Below, piece after piece: positions 27,642 to 36,257 of a DNA stretch of 64,000 nucleotides; position 1 is the stretch's first letter; every line of letters begins with the position of its first letter. Source of the DNA: an uncultured Acidobacteriaceae bacterium (GTDB taxonomy: Bacteria; Acidobacteriota; Terriglobia; Terriglobales; Acidobacteriaceae); contig CAVVGM010000004.1 in assembly GCA_963747805.1 (NCBI GenBank), positions 807,998-871,997 on the forward strand. Reading direction: 5' to 3'. Position numbers and translations under genes: made by a program. The notes below the pieces were generated by a model. That model saw only the letters and a list, made by a program, of their open reading frames with translations, searched no databases and was not told where the DNA came from.

Positions 27642-28987
27642 TGCAACCCGTTATCGACTACATCACGTCCTACCTCAGCAGTTCCCAGACTCCCGGCGCC
27701 GCGGGAAATTTCTTTTGGGCCTTCGTCTACATTCTGCTTGTGTTCGTGGGTCTATCGGTCGCAGTGATCGCGATGAACTGGCTGGAGCGCAAAATTCTCG
27801 CTCACATGCAGGTGCGCCTCGGTCCCATGCGCGTAGGCCCGCACGGCCTGCTGCAGCCCATCGCCGACGCCATCAAGCTGCTGCTCAAGGAAGACATCAT
27901 GCCCGCCGAAGCCGACGGCTTCGTCTTCTGGATCGCGCCGTTCATCGTGGTGCTGGCGGCGTTCACGGTATTCGTGGTGGTTCCCTTCGGTCCGACGCAT
28001 GCCATCACCGATATGAATATCGGCATTCTCTTCATGCTGGGCGTGTCGTCGTTGAGCGTGCTCGGCATTGTGATGGCGGGCTGGGCATCGAATTCGCACT
28101 ATCCTTTGATTGGCGCCTTGCGTTCGAGCGCGCAGATGGTTTCCTACGAAGTGGCGATGGGCCTGGCAGTGGTTTCGGCCATCCTCATGACCAGCCTACA
28201 CGGACTAGGACTTTACGGCGCCGGTATTGCGGGCTCGGGTGACACGGGTACGCTCAGCATGATCGGCATTGTGCAGGCGCAGCAGGAGCAGGGCGTCTGG
28301 TTTGTCTTCAAGTTTTTCCCGCTGGGCTTGATCGCATTCTTCATCTTTGCCATCGCCATGGTCGCCGAGACCAACCGCGCCCCATTCGATCTGCCCGAAG
28401 CCGAGTCAGAGTTGACCGCCGGTTTCCATACGGAATACAGCGGCTTCCGCTGGTCGCTGTTTTTTCTGGCCGAATACTCCGCGATGATCGCGGTTTCGTC
28501 GATCGCAGTCACGTTGTGGCTGGGGGGATGGCTGCGTCCGTTCCCGAACCTGCTGCACGGTTCAACCTGGGATTTGCTCTTCAACCTGTTCCCCGGAATC
28601 ACGTTTCTGTTCCTCGCGGCGCTCTGCTTCTACAGCACGGCGCGCATGCCGAATCATCCCTACTTCAAAATTCAAACTATCGGCCTCGCCGGGTTCGGCG
28701 CGCTGCTTGGTTTGATCGGCGTCGTCCTGTTTATTCCCGCAGTTTTCGTTCGCGTTCAGGATATTTACTGGTTCGCGATCAAAGTTGCCGCGTTCATGTA
28801 CCTCTATATCTGGTATCGTGGCACGTTCCCGCGTTACCGCTTTGACCAGCTGATGAAAGTGGGATGGAAAATTCTGCTGCCCATGGGATTGGGATTGTTA
28901 ATCCTGACTGCGGTCATGGGTATGCGCTCGGAACTGTGGATGGGCGTGGTTGTGCCGCTGTGGCACTGGGTGGCAAGCATTCTATGA
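27641..28987 (+). CDS. nuoH: NADH-quinone oxidoreductase subunit H (enlarged, 448 aa)
   Basis: ERKILAHMQVRLGPMRVGP, ETNRAPFDLPEAESELTAGFHTEYSG, YRFDQLM. The start shares 1 nt with the nuoD stop. Confidence 0.9.
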   Translation: MQPVIDYITSYLSSSQTPGAAGNFFWAFVYILLVFVGLSVAVIAMNWLERKILAHMQVRLGPMRVGPHGLLQPIADAIKLLLKEDIMPAEADGFVFWIAPFIVVLAAFTVFVVVPFGPTHAITDMNIGILFMLGVSSLSVLGIVMAGWASNSHYPLIGALRSSAQMVSYEVAMGLAVVSAILMTSLHGLGLYGAGIAGSGDTGTLSMIGIVQAQQEQGVWFVFKFFPLGLIAFFIFAIAMVAETNRAPFDLPEAESELTAGFHTEYSGFRWSLFFLAEYSAMIAVSSIAVTLWLGGWLRPFPNLLHGSTWDLLFNLFPGITFLFLAALCFYSTARMPNHPYFKIQTIGLAGFGALLGLIGVVLFIPAVFVRVQDIYWFAIKVAAFMYLYIWYRGTFPRYRFDQLMKVGWKILLPMGLGLLILTAVMGMRSELWMGVVVPLWHWVASIL

Positions 28988-29499
28988 ATCCTCCCGTCGC
29001 GACACCGTTTTTCTTCTACCTGCTCTCCGGGACCATGCTGATCGGCGGCATCCTGGTGATCACGCGCAGGAACGCGGTGCACTCGGCGCTGGCCTTGATC
29101 GCCGCCCTGCTGGCGCAGGCCGGGCTCTACCTGATGCTCTACGCACCGTTCGTCGCTGGCGTGCAGATTATTCTCTATGCTGGCGGCATCATGGTGCTGT
29201 TCCTGTTCGTCATCATGCTGGTAAACCTGGAGCGCGCGCAGAAAGAGCGCCAGTTCAACAAGCAATGGCTAGTGGGGATCGCTGCCGCCGGCGCGCTGGG
29301 CGGTTTGTTCATCACGATCTATACGAAAGGGAAGGGAATCTTCCCCGATCACGCAATGCCCTCGGGCCTGGAAGCGGAGAACACCCAAAAAGTTGGCGTG
29401 CTTTTGTACGGCCAGTACATGTTCGCTTTCGAGATTGCATCGCTGCTGTTGCTGGTAGCGATCATCGGAGCGGTCGTGATGGCAAAGAAGAGGATTTGA
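28984..29499 (+). CDS. nuoJ: NADH-quinone oxidoreductase subunit J
   Basis: ATGA overlap with the nuoH stop. ...YAGGIMVLFLFVIML...FAFEIASLLLLVAIIGAVVMA. Confidence 0.85.
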   Translation: MNPPVATPFFFYLLSGTMLIGGILVITRRNAVHSALALIAALLAQAGLYLMLYAPFVAGVQIILYAGGIMVLFLFVIMLVNLERAQKERQFNKQWLVGIAAAGALGGLFITIYTKGKGIFPDHAMPSGLEAENTQKVGVLLYGQYMFAFEIASLLLLVAIIGAVVMAKKRI

Positions 29500-29504
29500 A
29501 AAAA

Positions 29505-29606
29505 GCATTTAGCAATTAGCATTTGGCATTTGGCCAGGCCATGGTTTTGCAGATACCGACAATCGCGGAAGGCTAATTGCCAATTGCGAACGGCTAATTG
29601 CAAAGA
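29505..29606. repeat. Two opposed heptamer arrays, (GCAWTTR)x4 and (GCYAATT-like)x5, separated by ~36 nt in the nuoJ-nuoK spacer
   Basis: gcattta gcaatta gcatttg gcatttg ... gctaatt gccaatt gcgaacg gctaatt gcaaaga. The second array is approximately the reverse complement of the first. Confidence 0.85.
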
Positions 29607-29620
29607 GCTTGCGAGCTGAT

Positions 29621-29956
29621 ATGGAATCCATGCTCCACATCTCGACGCTGCATTACATGGTGCTCAGCGCGGCCCTGTTTCTTTTGGGAGTAATCGGTGT
29701 GCTCACGCGCCGCAACGTGGTGATTGTACTGATGTCGATTGAACTGATCCTGAATGCAGTCAACTTGAACCTGGTCGCCTTCTCGCATTATTGGCAGGGC
29801 ATTCAGGGACCAAACGCCCTGCACGGCCAGGTGTTCGCGATTTTCGTAATCACCGATGCCGCCGCAGAAGCCGCGGTTGGTCTGGGAATCCTGATCGCCT
29901 TCTTCCGTAACAAGGAGACGATCAACGTGGACGAAGTGAATTTACTGAAATGGTAG
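29621..29956 (+). CDS. nuoK: NADH-quinone oxidoreductase subunit K
   Basis: [44 protein letters not shown] at 29621 chosen; 29630 is also possible. Confidence 0.9.
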   Translation: MESMLHISTLHYMVLSAALFLLGVIGVLTRRNVVIVLMSIELILNAVNLNLVAFSHYWQGIQGPNALHGQVFAIFVITDAAAEAAVGLGILIAFFRNKETINVDEVNLLKW

Positions 29957-29972
29957 AAGGCCGCTGTTGGCC

Positions 29973-30024
29973 TTTCGCTCTTGGCTTTTAGCTAAGAGCT
30001 AAGAGCCAAGAGCCAAGAGCGAAA
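29973..30024. repeat. Heptamer array (GCTAAGA x2, GCCAAGA x2, GCGAAAA) plus an upstream inverted copy that forms a 13-bp perfect stem ending at the nuoL ATG
   Basis: 29973-29985 tttcgctcttggc pairs with 30012-30024 gccaagagcgaaa. The nuoL ATG is at 30025. Confidence 0.9.
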
Positions 30025-32160
30025 ATGTTCTTATCCCACATCTGGCTCATCCCGCTGCTACCGGCGTTCGGCGCGACCGTCATGTTTTTTTTCGGACGCA
30101 AGCTGCAGAAAACTACGGTAAGCGCGGTGTGCGTGGGAACGATCGTGCTCGCGTTTCTAATGGCGTGCGGCGCGGTCTGGCAGTACTCCGCGTGGTCTTC
30201 GACGCCAGAACATTTTCATCAGCCCTACGAGAAGACGCTTTACACCTGGCTCGGCAGCGATACCGGCCATCTCACCTACAAAACACAATCGGGCGCGCCC
30301 GCCGAATTCCGCGCCGACGCCGGCTTCCTGCTCGACCCGCTCTCCAGCATCTGGCTGCTGTTCGTCACCGGCGTCGGCATGCTGATCCACATTTATTCCA
30401 CCGGCTACATGGCGCATGAAGGCGGCTACTACCGCTTCTTCGGCTATCTCAACCTCTTCATGTTCTCGATGCTGACGCTAATCCTGGCGAACAACTATGT
30501 GCTGCTGTTCGTCGGCTGGGAAGGCGTGGGGCTGTGTTCGTATCTGCTGATCGGTTTCTATTTTCACCGCAAGTCGGCCAGCGACGCGGCGAACAAGGCG
30601 TTCATCGTCAACCGCATCGGCGACGCAGGATTCCTGCTCGGGATGTTCTTCATCGCCTGGATCTTCGGCTCGCTCCAGTTCACCAAGGTTACTGACCTCG
30701 CTCGCGCAGGAAATCTCTCGCCTGAAACGTTAACCTACATCACCGCCGCCACGCTTCTTCTTTTCGTTGGCGCCTGCGGCAAGTCGGCGCAGATTCCACT
30801 CTACATCTGGCTGCCCGACGCCATGGAAGGCCCCACGCCAGTTTCCGCCCTGATCCATGCCGCGACCATGGTGACGGCGGGTGTCTACATGGTGGCGCGT
30901 TCGAATGCGCTGTTCGTGCTGGCGCCCACCTCGATGAAGACCGTGGCCATCGTCGGCGCGCTAACCGCCATCTTTGCCGCTTCCATCGGTTTGGTGCAGA
31001 ACGACATCAAGCGCGTGCTGGCCTACTCCACGGTCTCGCAACTCGGCTACATGTTCCTCGCTCTCGGCGTCGGAGCCTTCGCTGCGGGCGTGTTCCACGT
31101 TTTCACTCACGCGTTCTTCAAAGCGCTGTTGTTCCTCGGCTCCGGTTCGGTGATTCATGCCATGAGCGGCGAGCAGGACATGCGCAACATGGGCGACTTG
31201 CACCGCCGCATCCCCATCACGCACTGGACCATGTTCATCGCGACGCTGGCCATCGCCGGCATTTTCCCGTTTGCTGGCTTCTTCTCGAAGGATGCCATTC
31301 TCTGGGAGACGTGGTCGCGTGAAGGCGGCGCGTACCGCATTCTCTGGGGCGTCGGCTGGTTCACCGCGTTGATGACCGCCTTCTACATGTTCCGGCTGAT
31401 GTACCTGACGTTCCATGGCCGCCCGCGAATGAGCCACGACGTGGAACATCACATCCACGAATCGCCGGCGTCGATGACGGTCCCGCTGGTGACGCTCGCG
31501 CTCTGCGCCATCGTTGCGGGATGGCTGGGCTGGCCACACAGCCTCGGAGGTTCCGACCGCTTCACCAAATTCCTGGAGCCTGTCTTCGCGCCGGAAGCTC
31601 GCGTTCTTCAGCAAGAGGGGCAAACTGGTCAGTTGTACACCGGAGCGAAAGAAGAAGAACACAACACTGGCACGGAGTGGCTGCTGATGGGGCTGTCGCT
31701 GGCCGCAGCCGGCGCGGGATGGGGTGTGGCCTGGAGATGTTATCGCCACGCCGACAAGGGCTACACCGAGCCGATCGCCGCTGTTGCCCCGCCAGTCTAC
31801 AACGTGCTTCTCAACAAGTATTACGTAGACGAAGGCTACGACTATGTTTTCACCGGACGCCGCAAGATCGGAGATGTGCGCCTGGGCGTGATGGGTCTAG
31901 GCGAAGCAAGTTCGTGGTTCGACGCGCACGTCATCGACGGCGCCGTCAACGGCGCGGGATGGACGACACGCCTGTTCGCGACCATCTCCAGTTGGTGGGA
32001 CAAATGGATCATCGACGGCGTCGGCGTCAACGGCCCCGCGATTTTGGCGCGTATGTTGAGTTATCCCGCGCGCCTGCTCGAATGGGGCCAGGTGCAGTGG
32101 TATGCGCTGGTGATGACCGCCGGCCTGGTAGGGTTTGTATTTTATTACGTGTATCACTGA
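30025..32160 (+). CDS. nuoL: NADH-quinone oxidoreductase subunit L
   Basis: Mrp/antiporter-like core (GWEGVGLCSYLLIGF, KSAQIPLYIWLPDAMEGPTPVSALIHAATMVTAGVY) and a long C-terminal lateral-helix region. Confidence 0.95.
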   Translation: MFLSHIWLIPLLPAFGATVMFFFGRKLQKTTVSAVCVGTIVLAFLMACGAVWQYSAWSSTPEHFHQPYEKTLYTWLGSDTGHLTYKTQSGAPAEFRADAGFLLDPLSSIWLLFVTGVGMLIHIYSTGYMAHEGGYYRFFGYLNLFMFSMLTLILANNYVLLFVGWEGVGLCSYLLIGFYFHRKSASDAANKAFIVNRIGDAGFLLGMFFIAWIFGSLQFTKVTDLARAGNLSPETLTYITAATLLLFVGACGKSAQIPLYIWLPDAMEGPTPVSALIHAATMVTAGVYMVARSNALFVLAPTSMKTVAIVGALTAIFAASIGLVQNDIKRVLAYSTVSQLGYMFLALGVGAFAAGVFHVFTHAFFKALLFLGSGSVIHAMSGEQDMRNMGDLHRRIPITHWTMFIATLAIAGIFPFAGFFSKDAILWETWSREGGAYRILWGVGWFTALMTAFYMFRLMYLTFHGRPRMSHDVEHHIHESPASMTVPLVTLALCAIVAGWLGWPHSLGGSDRFTKFLEPVFAPEARVLQQEGQTGQLYTGAKEEEHNTGTEWLLMGLSLAAAGAGWGVAWRCYRHADKGYTEPIAAVAPPVYNVLLNKYYVDEGYDYVFTGRRKIGDVRLGVMGLGEASSWFDAHVIDGAVNGAGWTTRLFATISSWWDKWIIDGVGVNGPAILARMLSYPARLLEWGQVQWYALVMTAGLVGFVFYYVYH

Positions 32161-32175
32161 AGATCGCTCTCGGCC

Positions 32176-32230
32176 CTTGGCTCTTGGCTTTTAGCTAAAG
32201 GCCAAGAGCCAAAAGCCAAGAGCCAAAAGC
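32176..32230. repeat. Inverted plus direct heptamer repeats (GCCAAGA/GCCAAAA) forming a 16-bp perfect stem 5 nt upstream of the nuoM ATG
   Basis: 32177-32192 ttggctcttggctttt pairs with 32211-32226 aaaagccaagagccaa, with an 18-nt loop. The nuoM ATG is at 32232. Confidence 0.9.
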
Positions 32231-32231
32231 A

Positions 32232-33887
32232 ATGTATAACCACATACTCTCGATCATCCTCTTCACGCCGCTCGTCGGCGCGCTTGTGCTCCTGTTCGTT
32301 CCCAAGGAGAACAAGGACGCCATCCGCTGGATCGCCAACATCTTCTCGCTCGCCGGCCTTCTGGTTTCGATTCCACTGGTGCCCTGGTTCTGGGCGCAGC
32401 GCTTCGAGCCCGGGTTCAAGTTCACCGAGGGCGCTCTCAACAACTGGATTCCCTCGATCGGCGCCAGCTACATGCTGGGCATCGACGGCATTTCTTTCCT
32501 GCTGATCATGCTCACCACGCTGCTGGGCTGGATCTCGATTCTCTCTTCCTGGACCGCAATCGAGAATCGAGTGAAGGAATACTACATCTGGTTTCTGGTG
32601 CTGCAGACCGGCATGCTCGGCGTCTTCATGTCGCTCGACTTTTTCCTGTTCTTCGTTTTCTGGGAAGCCATGCTGGTTCCCATGTACCTGCTGATCGGCA
32701 TCTGGGGCGGCCCGCGCAAGCTCTACGCCGCCATCAAGTTTTTCCTCTACACGCTGGCCGGTTCGGTGCTTATGCTGCTCGGCGTCCTTTATCTTTACTT
32801 CAATCACCACAATCTCAAGGGCGTTTACACCTTCAGCATCGAACAGCTCTATACCACCGCGCCGCAGATTCCGTTCCACTTCGCGGTGTGGCTGTTCTTC
32901 GCGTTCTTCGTCGCCTTCGCGATCAAAGTCCCGATGTTCCCGTTCCACACCTGGCTGCCCGACGCCCACGTGGAAGCGCCCACGGCAGGCTCAGTCATCC
33001 TGGCCGGCGTTCTGCTGAAGATGGGGACGTACGGCTTCGTCCGCTTTTCGCTGCCGTTTTTCCCGCAGGTGCTTTCGAATCCGGCAACGTTTCTCAACGT
33101 GACCGTCCGCGGCTGGATGATCGGCCTCTCCATCGTTGCCATCATCTACGGCGCGCTGGTCTCGCTCATGCAGAAGGACATGAAGAAGCTGGTGGCCTAT
33201 TCCTCGGTCAGCCATCTCGGCTTCTGCACCCTAGGAATTTTCGCGCTGAATTCTGCAGGCTTGAGTGGTTCGGTCCTGCAGCAGATCAACCACGGCATCT
33301 CGACCGGAGCGCTCTTCCTGATCGTCGGCATTCTCTACGAACGCCGCCACACCCGCGAAATCTCCGAATACGGCGGCATCTCCAACGTGATGCCCGTCTA
33401 CGCCACCATCACCATGATCATGTTCCTGTCTTCGATGGGACTGCCGCTGCTCAACGGTTTCGTCGGCGAGTTCACCATCCTGCAGGGCACGTTCATGGAG
33501 AACTGGAAGTGGGGCGCGTGGGCCGTACCTGGAGTGGTCCTGGCCGCCGCGTATCTGTTATGGCTCTACCAGCGGGTGTTCTTCGGCACCGTCACGAATC
33601 CAAAAAACGAAAAGCTGCACGATCTGACGCCTCGCGAAGTCCTCACCTTCGCTCCGCTGATCATCGCCGCATTCTGGATCGGCCTGTATCCCAAACCGTT
33701 TTTCCAGATTCTGGAGCAGCCTGTCAATCACCTGGTAGCGACCGTGCATCAGAACGATGTGCAACCGCAGGGCATGATGAATGCCGCCGTCCAGCCTGAA
33801 ACTGTGCCAGCAATGCCGGCGTCAACGCCCGTCCCGGCAGCAGTCAAGAAATCCTCAGCAGCCAAACCTGCGAAAGGGAAGAACTAG
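32232..33887 (+). CDS. nuoM: NADH-quinone oxidoreductase subunit M
   Basis: FFVFWEAMLVPMYLLIGIWGG, KVPMFPFHTWLPDAHVEAPTAGSVILAGVLLKMG. Pro/Ala/Lys-rich C-terminal tail. Confidence 0.95.
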   Translation: MYNHILSIILFTPLVGALVLLFVPKENKDAIRWIANIFSLAGLLVSIPLVPWFWAQRFEPGFKFTEGALNNWIPSIGASYMLGIDGISFLLIMLTTLLGWISILSSWTAIENRVKEYYIWFLVLQTGMLGVFMSLDFFLFFVFWEAMLVPMYLLIGIWGGPRKLYAAIKFFLYTLAGSVLMLLGVLYLYFNHHNLKGVYTFSIEQLYTTAPQIPFHFAVWLFFAFFVAFAIKVPMFPFHTWLPDAHVEAPTAGSVILAGVLLKMGTYGFVRFSLPFFPQVLSNPATFLNVTVRGWMIGLSIVAIIYGALVSLMQKDMKKLVAYSSVSHLGFCTLGIFALNSAGLSGSVLQQINHGISTGALFLIVGILYERRHTREISEYGGISNVMPVYATITMIMFLSSMGLPLLNGFVGEFTILQGTFMENWKWGAWAVPGVVLAAAYLLWLYQRVFFGTVTNPKNEKLHDLTPREVLTFAPLIIAAFWIGLYPKPFFQILEQPVNHLVATVHQNDVQPQGMMNAAVQPETVPAMPASTPVPAAVKKSSAAKPAKGKN

Positions 33888-35431
33888 TGGGCGTGCTCTC
33901 CCAATTTTCCTGGACGGATTACCTGCTGGCGCTGCCCATTACTCTGCTCGCGTTGTTCGCCCTCGGCATCCTGCTCATCGACTTCATGCTCCCCAAAGAG
34001 ATGAAGTGGGCGAATGCCTTTACTGCGTTCATCGGAGTAATGTTCTCGATTGCCGGTGTCATCAAGATTCAGCTCTGGATGCACAGTGTCAACGTCCCGG
34101 GCGCTGCTGGTTTCATGAACACCATGCTGGTCGACCGCTTTGCCATTTATTTTTTCTATCTGTTCCTGGCAGCTACCGCCGTTGCTATTCTGATGTCCAG
34201 CCGCTACATGGAAATTGAGCACGAAAATCACGGCGAGTATTACGCTCTGATGCTGCTCTCAGTCGCCGGCATGATGTGCATGGCCGCCGGCTTCGATATC
34301 GTTCTGATCTTCATCGGCCTCGAACTGATGGCGATTTCCACCTACGTGCTAGTCGGTTTCCTGCGCCGCGACCGCCGCTCCAACGAAGCTGCCTTGAAGT
34401 ATTTGCTGCTGGGCGCGTTCTCCTCCGGCATTTTTGCTTATGGCCTGTCGCTGATCTATGGACTCACGGGCAGCACGAATCTTTACGAAATCGGCCGGCG
34501 CCTTCCGCTCATCATGCAGGGCAACCAGAAGCCCATCGCCATCGTGGCCCTGCTGACTACGATGACCGGCCTCCTGTTTAAGATTGCGGCCGTCCCATTC
34601 CACCAGTGGGCCCCGGACGCCTATGAAGGCGCGCCCACCAGCATCACCGGATTCATGTCGGTCGCGGTCAAGGCTGCGGGCTTTGCCATGCTCTTCCGCA
34701 TACTGATGGGCAGTCCGATCGCTCCAGGCGGACTGATTGCCATGCGTCCGATCTACGTCCCGCTTCTGGTCTTCGTCTCCATCGCGACCATGACCGGAGC
34801 GAACTTCGCCGCGCTCACGCAGACCAACACCAAACGCCTGCTGGCCTACTCCTCGATCGCGCACGTCGGCTACATGCTGCTCGGTTTGATCGCCGGAACC
34901 GCGACCGTCGTCAGCATGGACGGAATCAAGGGCATTCTGATCTATCTGCTGGTCTACACTTTCATGAACCTCGGCGCATTCGGCGTGATCACATCGCTAC
35001 GCCATCGCAAGGTAATCGGCGATGAACTCGACGATCTCAACGGCCTCTACTCGCGTGCTCCCATTGAGGCCGTGCTCATGCTCGTGTTCCTGCTCTCGCT
35101 GGCGGGCATTCCGCCGCTGGCCGGCTTCTATGGCAAGTATTTCATCTTCCTGAGCCTGATCGAGTCGGGACATTATGCCCTGGCCTCGCTAGGCGTTCTG
35201 TATTCCGTCTTCGGCCTCTACTACTACCTGCGGATGGCCAACGCCATGTTCATGGGCAAAGCCGAAGCGGGCGAAGCGCACCTCCCCGTGGGTATCGCGA
35301 TGCGCGCCGGCCTCACCATCACGGCCTTTGCCACGCTCTTCATCGGCATCCTCCCCGACCGCTTCATTCAGGTAGTGAACTGGGCTCTGGGCATCGCACA
35401 GAATCCCGCGATCGCAAAAGTAATCCGCTAG
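33887..35431 (+). CDS. nuoN: NADH-quinone oxidoreductase subunit N
   Basis: The GTG start shares 1 nt with the nuoM stop. LELMAISTYVLVGF, KIAAVPFHQWAPDAYEGAPT. Confidence 0.9.
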   Translation: MGVLSQFSWTDYLLALPITLLALFALGILLIDFMLPKEMKWANAFTAFIGVMFSIAGVIKIQLWMHSVNVPGAAGFMNTMLVDRFAIYFFYLFLAATAVAILMSSRYMEIEHENHGEYYALMLLSVAGMMCMAAGFDIVLIFIGLELMAISTYVLVGFLRRDRRSNEAALKYLLLGAFSSGIFAYGLSLIYGLTGSTNLYEIGRRLPLIMQGNQKPIAIVALLTTMTGLLFKIAAVPFHQWAPDAYEGAPTSITGFMSVAVKAAGFAMLFRILMGSPIAPGGLIAMRPIYVPLLVFVSIATMTGANFAALTQTNTKRLLAYSSIAHVGYMLLGLIAGTATVVSMDGIKGILIYLLVYTFMNLGAFGVITSLRHRKVIGDELDDLNGLYSRAPIEAVLMLVFLLSLAGIPPLAGFYGKYFIFLSLIESGHYALASLGVLYSVFGLYYYLRMANAMFMGKAEAGEAHLPVGIAMRAGLTITAFATLFIGILPDRFIQVVNWALGIAQNPAIAKVIR

Positions 35432-35469
35432 AGAACATTCTGCTCATCCATCGCAACTCCTTAAGCCTT

Positions 35470-35527
35470 GTCATCCTGAGCGAAGCATGATCGTCCAAAG
35501 GACGGTCATGCGCAGTCGAAGGATCCC
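35470..35527. repeat. REP-like intergenic element: GTCATCCTGAGCGAAGC ... GCAGTCGAAGGATCC halves around an 11-bp hairpin (catgatcgtcc-aaa-ggacggtcatg)
   Basis: The hairpin was read directly (35486-35510, one G:U pair). The flanking motif resembles a repeat I recall from intergenic regions of soil bacteria; that recollection is unverified. It lies 40 nt after the nuoN stop. Confidence 0.35.
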
Positions 35528-35668
35528 TTGCACCTCCGCACCACTAGCGGCCCATAACGAAGCTTCCATCCCTTTGCCTTAGCTGTCCCCCCTTTCAAGA
35601 CTTAATGAGAATCTTCCGGGTTCTGACGGCCGTTAGCCTAGGATAGACTCTCACCGTGTAAAAACCCC

Positions 35669-36202
35669 ATGCCAGTTCTCATCCGCCAGGCCGTTCTCGC
35701 TGACGTTCCCGCGCTGCGTGTGCTGATCGACGCATCCGTCCGCCAGCTTCAGGCCGGAGATTACACGCCCAGCCAACTGGAAAGCGCGCTCGAAACCGTC
35801 TACGGCGTGGACAGCCAGCTGATCGCGGACGGCACCTACTACGCCGCCGAGTCCGACGGGACCCTGGTCGGCTGCGGCGGCTGGAGCCAGCGCAAAACGC
35901 TCTTCGGCGGCGACCGCTGGACCGCCCGCCAGGATGACCTGCTCGATCCGCAGCGCGATGCCGCAAAAATTCGCGCCTTCTTCGTCGATCCCGCATGGGC
36001 GCGCCGCGGAATTGGCACCTTGATTCTTGAAGCCTGCGAGTCAGCCGCGAAGGCTGCCGGCTTCACCCGCCTGGAGATGGGAGCAACCCTCACCGGCGTC
36101 CCTTTTTACCGCGTAAAAGGCTACGTTGAACTCGAACATCTCGCCGTCACGCTGGCCAACGGCGATTCGCTGGCCATCGTGCGCATGGCCAAAAATGTAT
36201 AG
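35669..36202 (+). CDS. GNAT-family N-acetyltransferase
   Basis: FFVDPAWARRGIGTLILEACESAAKAAGF matches the acetyl-CoA-binding motif A (Q/RxxGxG/A). Confidence 0.8.
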   Translation: MPVLIRQAVLADVPALRVLIDASVRQLQAGDYTPSQLESALETVYGVDSQLIADGTYYAAESDGTLVGCGGWSQRKTLFGGDRWTARQDDLLDPQRDAAKIRAFFVDPAWARRGIGTLILEACESAAKAAGFTRLEMGATLTGVPFYRVKGYVELEHLAVTLANGDSLAIVRMAKNV

Positions 36203-36257
36203 AGGTCTATACTTGAGATTCGGGCGAAACCAGTGACCTCCACGGCCAAGCCAGAAT

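Noticed and set aside
32154-32969. 271-aa minus-strand ORF
   Set aside because: It is antisense to the 5' half of nuoM. The highly charged, repetitive E/R/D/H translation is not protein-like.
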